Source: a virus
DNA: 64,000 bases
IMG/VR virus record: IMGVR_UViG_3300028042_000006
Coordinates: 6,818 to 70,817 of that record
Strand: one strand, 5' to 3'
Below the pieces are notes generated by a model, which saw only the letters and a program-made list of their open reading frames with translations, searched no databases and was not told the DNA's origin. The translations under genes were made by a program, and so were the position numbers. This document shows positions 17,600 through 26,500 of this stretch, one piece after another; the stretch's first letter is position 1, and the number at the start of each line of letters is the position of its first letter.

Positions 17600-18406
17600 A
17601 TGAAACCAACATTCAAAAGTAGTGAAATACAATATACGATAAGCAAATTCCCAGGTGGTGAACTTAACATAAGAGTAATGGTAGGTTCTCGAAAAGATGA
17701 CTATATACATCTTAACGGAAGCATCACATCATCTGAAGCTATCATCGAGCTAGTAATGCTAGTTGATGCAATCAGAAGATGTATCACTGATACAAAAATT
17801 ATACTTTTCACTCCGTATGTTCCGTACAGCAGACAAGATAGAGTATGCAATCAAGGTGAAGCACTTGGCATCAAAGTCATTGCTGATATCATCAACTCAT
17901 TGAATCTTTATCAAGTAGTCACACATGATAATCACAGTGACGTATCTACTGCGCTAATCAACAATTGCTTCAATGTCGAGCTACACAAGATAACATCACT
18001 TGTAGATTTGATCCATGATGGTATATACACACACCTGGTATCACCTGATGCCGGAGCAATCAAGAAGATCCAAAAACTTGCACAACGTGTTAATCTTCCT
18101 ATCATCAAAGCTGATAAAGTCAGAGAAGTATCAACTGGAGAAATTCTAGCTACAGAGATCCATACAAAGTATATCGAGAATGCTAGAGTACTAATTGTCG
18201 ATGATATCTGTGATGGAGGAAGAACCTTTATTGAACTTGCAAAAGTACTAAAGGCAAGTAATGTAGCAACAGTAGATCTATATGTAACACATGGCATCTT
18301 TTCAAAAGGTGTACAGGTTCTATTAGATGAGGGAATAGAGAATGTTATTACTACAACATCGATTCCAAAACAAGACACAACACAACTTACAGTATTGGAG
18401 ATTTAA
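17600..18406 (+). CDS. prs: ribose-phosphate pyrophosphokinase family (probable NARP1 Adps-like ADPR-PP synthetase)
   Basis: FPGGE, PYVPYSRQDRV, SPDAGA, IVDDICDGGRTF, YVTHGIFSKG; AAGGA SD at 17590 (alternative start 17528). Confidence 0.9.
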   Translation: MKPTFKSSEIQYTISKFPGGELNIRVMVGSRKDDYIHLNGSITSSEAIIELVMLVDAIRRCITDTKIILFTPYVPYSRQDRVCNQGEALGIKVIADIINSLNLYQVVTHDNHSDVSTALINNCFNVELHKITSLVDLIHDGIYTHLVSPDAGAIKKIQKLAQRVNLPIIKADKVREVSTGEILATEIHTKYIENARVLIVDDICDGGRTFIELAKVLKASNVATVDLYVTHGIFSKGVQVLLDEGIENVITTTSIPKQDTTQLTVLEI

Positions 18407-18819
18407 TGTTAGAAATGGACCCGTACAGAAGATCAACAAATACAATCAGTAGACTGTTCAGAGAATGGAACACTCATGATGGCATCATCATCGGTGTAGA
18501 TTTTGACGATACAGTATATGATTGTCACGACAAAGGCTTTGAGTTTGGTGTGCTGATCAAAGCAATCAAAGAAGCTCAAAAAATGGGATGCACAATATGT
18601 GTATGGACAGCAAACAGCGACACCCAGAAAGTCAGAGATCATTTTAAAAAAATCGATATCACTATAGACTACTACAACGAAAGCCCAATCAAGCTCGAAA
18701 AAATGAACACGCAAAAACCATACTTCAATTTATTGTTGGATGACAGAGCAGGTTTAGAGTCAGCATACATCGCCTTAAGAGGCGTTATCGAATTAAGACA
18801 AAAATACTATGAGACATAA
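18406..18819 (+). CDS. HAD-superfamily phosphatase-like protein
   Basis: IGVDFDDTV (DxDxT), CVWTA, KPYFNLLLDDRAG. Confidence 0.8.
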   Translation: MLEMDPYRRSTNTISRLFREWNTHDGIIIGVDFDDTVYDCHDKGFEFGVLIKAIKEAQKMGCTICVWTANSDTQKVRDHFKKIDITIDYYNESPIKLEKMNTQKPYFNLLLDDRAGLESAYIALRGVIELRQKYYET

Positions 18820-19033
18820 GAAAACAATCTTAGAATGGGCCTCTTCCGCTCCTGGTACAGGTATGTGGATACATAAAAGATATCCAGACTCCTCATGGCA
18901 ACTTGCATCTACTGATAATATGTGCTGTTTTTATGAAGGATGTGACTATGTTGTTGATAACAATAGAGCTGCTAATAACAAACAGATATCAGACAATCTA
19001 TATAAACTAAAAGGTAAAAAATATTATGAATAA
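18809..19033 (+). CDS. hypothetical protein
   Basis: 74-aa ORF overlapping both neighbours. Confidence 0.6.
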   Translation: MRHKKTILEWASSAPGTGMWIHKRYPDSSWQLASTDNMCCFYEGCDYVVDNNRAANNKQISDNLYKLKGKKYYE

Positions 19034-20486
19034 CCCAATCCACGCAACAGACTTTTACAAGACTGGACACTTAAACCAGTACCCTAAAGGTACGACAAAG
19101 ATTTACTCAAACTTTACACCAAGATCAGCTAGACTATTTAATCACTCAAAATTATACGACAACAAAGTTGTTGTATTTGGATTACAGATGTTCATTAAAA
19201 ACTTTCTTATTGAAGAGTTTAATAATGACTTCTTCAATCAACCACTAGAAGATGTAATCATGCGATATCAAAGACGCATGGATGGTGCATTAGGTGTAGG
19301 AGTTGTTAAGACTGACCACATCGAAGCATTGCACAAGCTTGGCTATTTACCATTGTTAATCAAAGGTTTGCCAGAAGGTGGAAGATACGATATCAAAGTA
19401 CCTCACCTTACAATTACAAACACAGAACCAGAGTTCTTCTGGCTAGTTAACTACTTAGAAACTGTGTTGAGTACAGAAATGTGGAAGCCTACAACAACTG
19501 CCACAACAGCATTTGAATTTAGAAGAGTGTTTGAACACTGGGCTAATGAAACTGGTGGTAGTGCTCAATTCATTCCCTTCCAAGGGCACGACTTTTCGGC
19601 AAGAGGATTGTCAAACAGAGAAGATGGACACAAGGCTTCAATCGGTCACTTGACAAGTTTTGTAGGAACAGACACTATTCGAGCAATCGATGGTGCAGAA
19701 GACTTCTATGGTGCTAACTCAGATGAAGAGCTAGTTGGAGTAAGCGTCCCGGCAACAGAGCACTCGGTTATGTCAATGGGTGGAGAACTCAACGAAAAAG
19801 AAACTATCAAGAGATTGATTACAGAGGGATACCCATCAGGTATTATCTCAATCGTTTCTGACACTTGGGATTTCTGGCACACAATCTCTCAAACCACAAT
19901 CGAATTGAAAGATGAGATCATGGCTAGAGATGGTAAGGTTGTCTTTAGACCCGACTCTGGAGATCCAGTAGATATTATCTGTGGTGATCCATTACACCCT
20001 GACGAGAATGCTCGTAAAGGTGCAATAGAAGTTCTTTGGGATATCTTTGGAGGCACAATTAACTCTAAGGGTTTTAAGACCTTAGATAGCCACGTAGGAC
20101 TTATCTATGGTGACTCGATCACTCTTGATCGTCAATGGTCAATTTTGGAAAAACTTGCATCCAAAGGATTTGCTTCTGACAATATCGTACTAGGTATTGG
20201 TTCTTATTCATACCAGTATGTGACAAGAGACTCTTTAGGCTTTGCAATGAAAGCAACGTATGGAGAGGTCGATGGTGTTGGTAGAGAAATCTCCAAAAAT
20301 CCAAAGACAGATTCAGGAACAAAGAAGAGTGCTGTAGGATTACTACAAGTACTTGATGGTATCTTGCAGGACAGAGCATCCAAGTCAGCAGAAGAGGACA
20401 GTGAATTAACTGAAGTCTTCAGAGATGGTGTCTTGACCAAAGAAGTAACATTACGTGAAATCAGAACCAGACTTGTAGCAAGTTAG
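19026..20486 (+). CDS. nadV: nicotinamide phosphoribosyltransferase family (probable NARP1 Namat-like)
   Basis: ATDFYKTGH..QYP, HDFSARG, VPATEHSVM, IVSDTWD, RPDSGDP, IYGDSIT, GSYSYQYVTRD. Confidence 0.92.
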   Translation: MNNPIHATDFYKTGHLNQYPKGTTKIYSNFTPRSARLFNHSKLYDNKVVVFGLQMFIKNFLIEEFNNDFFNQPLEDVIMRYQRRMDGALGVGVVKTDHIEALHKLGYLPLLIKGLPEGGRYDIKVPHLTITNTEPEFFWLVNYLETVLSTEMWKPTTTATTAFEFRRVFEHWANETGGSAQFIPFQGHDFSARGLSNREDGHKASIGHLTSFVGTDTIRAIDGAEDFYGANSDEELVGVSVPATEHSVMSMGGELNEKETIKRLITEGYPSGIISIVSDTWDFWHTISQTTIELKDEIMARDGKVVFRPDSGDPVDIICGDPLHPDENARKGAIEVLWDIFGGTINSKGFKTLDSHVGLIYGDSITLDRQWSILEKLASKGFASDNIVLGIGSYSYQYVTRDSLGFAMKATYGEVDGVGREISKNPKTDSGTKKSAVGLLQVLDGILQDRASKSAEEDSELTEVFRDGVLTKEVTLREIRTRLVAS

Positions 20487-20604
20487 GCACAAGATGTCAT
20501 TTGCTGAGTTTGCTTTAAAACATTTCACAAGATCAAATATACAAGTACTATTACCCATGCACGTAAAAGACAAGCATGGTGTATATCACTTGTTCGTGGC
20601 ATAG

Positions 20605-21258
20605 TTCAGTACACGATTGGTAACTATTGTATTTAGTGCAGTATATCCAGAAGTCGAACACTTATAAGCCCACAAGACCAGGCTGACCCGAAAAGCCATA
20701 TCAATGCGTTAGGTATGGTGAGCCTTAGTAGATTCTTGGGATCAAAGGTGATAACGAATGAAGTGACCTATGCATTGGGTTTTATCGCAAAGTGACCACA
20801 GCAACGCACCAGTGGTGTTTCTACTACGTCTTGTCGTAAAGACGTTAAATTTCTAACAATGATTCCTTTAAAACTTTAGTCGGTTGAGCGGATCGGTCCA
20901 TCACCCAACCTCTGGGATGCTTAATGACTTAAATCTTTAGCGAATTTGTTTCTATCGCAGCAATGCACATCATGAAACACTAACGAGAACGGTCCGATGA
21001 TAGTGACGGAGTTTAGCAATCTACCTATCAGGCTCGCAAACATGGCAACTAGAAGATGGCGACTCATAAATAGACTAGCGAGTTGCAACGACAACGAGCC
21101 TTTCAACTTGGCGGGGAAGGGCTCTGCGTTGTTTTATGTCAAACGCGCAGATAGCAATGGTCGAATGATCATAGAGGTGCAACCCCTTAACTTGGCTGTA
21201 TCAATGTATTTAGGTCGCTCTTAGATACTTTTTACGAAATTCGGGATCGCTTCCCGGA
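20605..21258 (+). ncRNA. candidate large structured non-coding RNA
   Basis: ~650-850 nt with no credible ORF, GC-richer. Many helices, e.g. 20696-20718, 20826-20845, GCAACT/AGTTGC 21045-21086, 21091-21132, 21241-21258; shares a 37-nt module with the 454-852 region. Confidence 0.55.
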
Positions 21259-21267
21259 GAAATCAAC

Positions 21268-21349
21268 TATCACTCACAACAGTAATCATTATGGAAATAC
21301 TATATGGACATATTTTAGATCCCACTATTGATTACTGTTTTGAGTGATA
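21268..21349. repeat. 21-bp inverted repeat with 40-nt loop just before an SD
   Basis: TATCACTCACAACAGTAATCA / TGATTACTGTTTTGAGTGATA, one mismatch. Confidence 0.85.
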
Positions 21350-21366
21350 AAAATAAAAGGATAATA

Positions 21367-21576
21367 ATGGAAGAAATTTTTGTACAACCAGCAGAACTAG
21401 AATCAGCAAGAGCACTTTGGAAAAAAGTTGCAACAGAAAACGACTGGGATTCAGATCCCTTTTATGTACAAGTATGGGTAGATGATACTGGACTTGTAAA
21501 AGACAGTGTATCCTTCAAAGGTATGGATCACGACATATTCTTACCTGCAGAAGAAGATGAGAAAGAGGAGTATTAA
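21367..21576 (+). CDS. hypothetical acidic protein
   Basis: AAGGA SD before MEEIF; TAATG overlap with the helicase. Confidence 0.7.
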   Translation: MEEIFVQPAELESARALWKKVATENDWDSDPFYVQVWVDDTGLVKDSVSFKGMDHDIFLPAEEDEKEEY

Positions 21577-23036
21577 TGAAGCCAACCATAGAACAACAAT
21601 CAATTATCGATGAAGTTCAAAAAAAGAGCTGTAAACTATTAAAAGTTGAAGCCAAATCAGGCTCAGGAAAAACCTCAACTCTTGTCAGTATTGCTGATGT
21701 ATTGAAACCTAAAAATGGTATCTACCTTGCATTCAATAAGCATATCGCAACCGAAGCATCAAAGAAGTTTCACAAGGGAGTAAAGTGTATGACAACACAC
21801 TCTCTTGCATATCAAAACACAGTAAGACAGCTCGATCTTAAAGTCGGCTGGTTTAATTGGAAAACGATTACCAAGAGAATGAGATATGAATTCAAAATTT
21901 TTGTAATTGACACAATGAATGATTTCTTTTTGTCCAAATATACAAACTTTGCAGAATTTGTTGTAGAAGAAAAAAAACAACATAGAGATATGGATATCAT
22001 TCATAAAGATATTTACAAGTTTGCACACTTCTACATTAAAGAGATGTTTCAAGGTAAAATCGAAATCACTCATGCTGGTTACTTAAAAATGTATCACATG
22101 ATGCTCGAAAAAGGTAAGCTAGTACACAATGAGTTTGATCTCGTTATGCTAGATGAAGCTCAAGATTCTGCACCAGTAGTATTGGAGATCTTCCAACTAT
22201 TACCAGCAGTAAAAAAAGTCATGGTAGGAGATCCCTTTCAATCAATATTCAAATTCAACAAATGCGTAAATGGATTTGAAGAATTGCGTGATAAAGGTAC
22301 ATCAAAACCAATGTCACAAACCTTTAGATGTAATCCAGAACTTGCAAAACAGGTGGAGAATTTCATGCAGAAACATGCTGATCCTGAGTTTGCCTTTGTA
22401 GGAACAGAACCAGCTGATGACATCATCAGAACAGTAATGTATATCTCAAGAACAAACTCTTCTCTAGTCGGTAAAATTATCGAACTAATGCAGGGCGGTG
22501 TCACATTCAATATGGCACGAAAAGCTAAGATAGTGTTCGAGCTGGTTCTAATATTGATTCACCTGAAGCCTGGTGGAAAAGTATTCTCGTCTGAGTGGAA
22601 GTATCTTCAAGAAGATGCAGATGAATGGAACAACGATGCATTCTTGAAACAAGAGTACAGTTCAGCATTCAAATACATTTCAGAGAAGTACGGTGAAGAA
22701 CCGGGAATCAAATCAGCCATCGGTGTTATCGGCACTCATGGTAGAAAAAAAGTTCTTGAAGCCTATGAGTTTGCAACCAAGCATGAGAATGACAAAAACC
22801 ATAAAATCACAATCGGAACATGTCATTCACTTAAGGGTGCAGAAGCAGACAAGGTTCATATCTTAGATGATGTGAATAATTCAATTCGTGATCTCATCGA
22901 AGAGAAAAAAGAACTGTGGGAATACACAGAAGCAGACAAAGAAAAAATCAATGTTGTTTATGTTGCCTACACAAGAGCAGCAAAACAACTCGTCAACGCA
23001 GAGTGGTTAGAACCACTTGAAGAAGATGAAATATGA
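21576..23036 (+). CDS. UvrD/Rep-like SF1A helicase
   Basis: EAKSGSGKT, LAFNK, TTHSLAY, LDEAQD, VGDPFQSIF, SQTFRC, TCHSLKGAE, YVAYTRA. Confidence 0.9.
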   Translation: MKPTIEQQSIIDEVQKKSCKLLKVEAKSGSGKTSTLVSIADVLKPKNGIYLAFNKHIATEASKKFHKGVKCMTTHSLAYQNTVRQLDLKVGWFNWKTITKRMRYEFKIFVIDTMNDFFLSKYTNFAEFVVEEKKQHRDMDIIHKDIYKFAHFYIKEMFQGKIEITHAGYLKMYHMMLEKGKLVHNEFDLVMLDEAQDSAPVVLEIFQLLPAVKKVMVGDPFQSIFKFNKCVNGFEELRDKGTSKPMSQTFRCNPELAKQVENFMQKHADPEFAFVGTEPADDIIRTVMYISRTNSSLVGKIIELMQGGVTFNMARKAKIVFELVLILIHLKPGGKVFSSEWKYLQEDADEWNNDAFLKQEYSSAFKYISEKYGEEPGIKSAIGVIGTHGRKKVLEAYEFATKHENDKNHKITIGTCHSLKGAEADKVHILDDVNNSIRDLIEEKKELWEYTEADKEKINVVYVAYTRAAKQLVNAEWLEPLEEDEI

Positions 23037-23109
23037 TACAATATCATTGGTTCTTCTGATGACATGTATTTTTGTGGCAAGTTTTATACTTGTCACAAAC
23101 CTTCTATAA
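23026..23109 (+). CDS. putative 27-aa membrane peptide MKYDTISLVLLMTCIFVASFILVTNLL
   Basis: Fills the gap after the helicase; single TM-like stretch; weak SD. Confidence 0.3.
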   Translation: MKYDTISLVLLMTCIFVASFILVTNLL

Positions 23110-23160
23110 ATCAAATAATATTTTGGTATCATTTTATTTACAGAAATTAAAGGAAAATCA

Positions 23161-23532
23161 GTGCAACACAAAAAACAAGCATTCAAGTTAATCGAAGAAA
23201 TTGTTCATCAGAACCAGACCGTATGGAATAACCCTAGAGGACAACTTGATGTTAAGCTTCAATATGACATGCTACGTGAAGAGCTTGAAGAGTTTAAAGA
23301 TGCATCAGATATGGTAGATTTAGCTGACGCAGCATTTGATCTATGGTATGTTGTTATAGGAACACTGAACCAAATTGGTTTCACTCCATCACAAATGGTT
23401 GATGGTCTTCAAATTGTACAAGATGCAAACGCACAAAAGTCTGGTGAAAAAGACGCTAATGGTAAAGTAACTAAACCAGAAGGCTTTGTTCCACCAGAGG
23501 TGAAACTTCAAGCTATTATAGATAGATTTTAA
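23161..23532 (+). CDS. MazG-like / PRA-PH nucleotide pyrophosphohydrolase
   Basis: LREELEEF...LADAAFDLWYV...G, DANAQK..G.KD.NGKV.KP.GF; GTG start with AAGGA SD. Confidence 0.85.
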   Translation: MQHKKQAFKLIEEIVHQNQTVWNNPRGQLDVKLQYDMLREELEEFKDASDMVDLADAAFDLWYVVIGTLNQIGFTPSQMVDGLQIVQDANAQKSGEKDANGKVTKPEGFVPPEVKLQAIIDRF

Positions 23533-26500
23533 TTCCAGTCAAGAATCAATCCTTTTCCACCTTTCACTGTATCAGTGATTGGATTTGGAAGCAAATTGTA
23601 TATTGGTGGAGTAGTCAATGTTTCAAAAATATTACTAGGATGCAAAAAGTGCATTCTGTTTACAAGTGAATCTATTGGCTGATAGTATGAGTCATCAGGT
23701 GTAGCAACATCTAATCCAGCTATAGCCTCTGCCGCAATAAATGATCCATAGTATGCAGGTGCCGCAGCAACAACTGTCTGCATGGCCTTAAGCTGTCTAA
23801 AGAAATACTTTGTAAACCAAACTCCAGCATGTTTATCCATGTATCTCAAATATCTATTATCGATATAACCATAGTTGACGAAAAGTTGATCGAGCATATT
23901 CAATAATCCCTGCTCGTCTTCATCGGTCATAATATAGCCTCTTCTCTTGGCTTCTGATTTCATTTTTTCAAACATGATCTGACGCGTAATAACATCTCCA
24001 TATTGAGTTAATTTCATCATTCCTTTAAACATAGCCGTATTTCGATCCATAGTAATAAACTCTTTAACACTTCGAACACCTTGAGGCACTCTTTTGTTAT
24101 TCATTAAATCTTCAATAGCTGTAGCAATTCTACCAGAAGGCGCATCTCCAACATTCACATCTTCAATAATAACTGAAAACTGACCATCGGCAACAAGCTT
24201 GTGGAACGGATGATTGTGTAGTCTCGTCTGAAGTACAGAAATTTGTCTTTTCAGTGTAGCATCTTCAGAACCACTGGCATGATATTCTGCCATTACATTC
24301 TGATATTTTTCATCAAGATCTCTATACTCATTTAGTTCAATCCATTTCTTACGAGCTTCAATTAGGAACTCATGAGGAGGAATACCTGCTCTCATCCAAG
24401 CAACAGCCATGTTTGAGACAAGGTTAGCCCACACAACAGAACCAGTTCTAATAACGATAGTTTCTTTTGCCCACTTTAGTATCTCTCCACTCAACCCCTC
24501 AACAACCATAAGAAGCTTACGCAATCTCTTGAAGTTTCTCATGTCAATTGGACCAAGATTAAAGTTACCGATGGTTGCACCTTTTTCACCAATAATAAGC
24601 TCAACCATGTCTTTTGGAATAACTAAGCGATGTGCACCAGTTTTTTCAAAAATATACTTACGAGTATATTCAGGAATTGTATTCCATCTTCCGTGAATAT
24701 TTTCATCAAATTTAACGTGATTACCATCTGCATCTTTACCGTTTTCTGGATATTTTTCAATCATCACGAAATCATCCGGATCTTCAAGATAATTCGTCTT
24801 AGAATAATCCAGCATTTTATCAATCACTTTTTCATTGTGAACTAGAGAGGCTTCTCTGTGAGTAAACTTTGAAAACGTGTAAGCTGCACTCTTCACTACA
24901 TCAAGTTCAGAACCAAGATGCTGAACTTTTTCTTGACGAGAAATGTCAAGCTTATAGTCTATGATACGACCTCTCATATCATAGACAGGAATAGCATTCC
25001 AGTCCCCTTCAAACGACATGATACTTGTGTCCGTTCCCCCACTATTAACAAACCGGATAATCTTATCCTCTACAATCTCATCAATTTTTGATGAAGATCT
25101 CTTATCTCTTTTGCTCAGTTTTTTGTCTTCTTCTCTCATCTGTTCAGACAATAATGATTTTAAACTCTTACCTGGAATTGGATTTCCTGCAATCGATAAC
25201 ATACCCTCATCGAAATCAGTTGTATATTCGTGACCAACAACCTTATAGTATTTGATACCACCAATTTTTCCGTAATAACCAATATTTTTCATTCGACCAA
25301 TTTTACCAGTATGGTAATCCAAGTCCTCTTCAGGGATCAATTCAAAAGTCATATTAGCTCTGTTCAGTTGATCAAAATAACCTTTTTGAATTGGATCATA
25401 CGCATTGGCTACTTTTAGCATATCTGCCTTTTTAACAACATACTCATCATACATGTTCAGAATACTCTTCATGTTCTTTGCATTTGTTTCATCACCAAGG
25501 TAGTTTGAGATAAGCTTTCTGTCTGAAGCTGGAGTTTCCTTGAGTGCTGCCAATGTGATAAATCTATTTAACTTGCTGATGATTTCACTATCTTCTTCGG
25601 TGTTGGTTCTATTTGAGTCAACACTTGAGATATGTACACCAAGGGCATCATCATATTCCAACGTAGAAGTGTAAAACTTATTGTAAATATTGTTTGCATT
25701 GATTTGCTGATTTGGACTATATGCTACACCAGTAGCCATCATCTTAGCCAAACCCTTTGCTTGTTCAATATCTGCAACCATCTCTTCAGATGTGCTAGAA
25801 AAAGGACCAAAAGCTGTTCTTCCTTTAGCATTGTAGAACTTTTCAATATCATATAAAGCATTCTGGTAAAGCGAATCAAGGTGATCATTGTTGTCATCTA
25901 GGATAATATCAAGATCACTATATCCAATACCATTCTTTGCATCAATAAGAGAACCAAGGTCAGTATTGAAAATAACAGTTGTGATAGCGTCCCTGGTTCC
26001 AGAATCAACACCTTCAACATATCCCTCGACTAATCTCTCGACAGCCTCAGATACCCCTTGACGGTGTTTCTCCATGTTGTTCTTGCCTTGTCTATACAGT
26101 GCATAAACATCTGCCCATTTGCTATCGTCTGTCTTCTTTGTGATGGTGGACAAAATACTTTGGAAAAAGTTTGATTCAATAATACGACCAAGAATTGCAA
26201 CATCCTTCATCTTTTCACCAATTTTTTTGAAAGATTCTTTTTTCTTGATTGCTTGAGTAAGATCTAATACCTTGGCATCAAACTTTTCAACATGAGGCTT
26301 GAGCTTATCATCCCAGTTATCAAGTGTGCTTTGATCACCTTTCATGAATGCATCTTTCTCCATATAATCACTCATGTCTAAATTGAATTGCTCTTCTGCC
26401 AGTTTGTTGACAGTTTCAGTTAAAAGCATTGCTGCCTTTTTCCCTCCAACTTGAACATTTGATGACCAAATTTTATTGATCATGTTGATGAATGCATTTA

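Noticed and set aside
20494-20604. 36-aa ORF MSFAEFALKHF… after the Nampt-like gene
   Set aside because: No SD and no recognisable features; cannot be supported.
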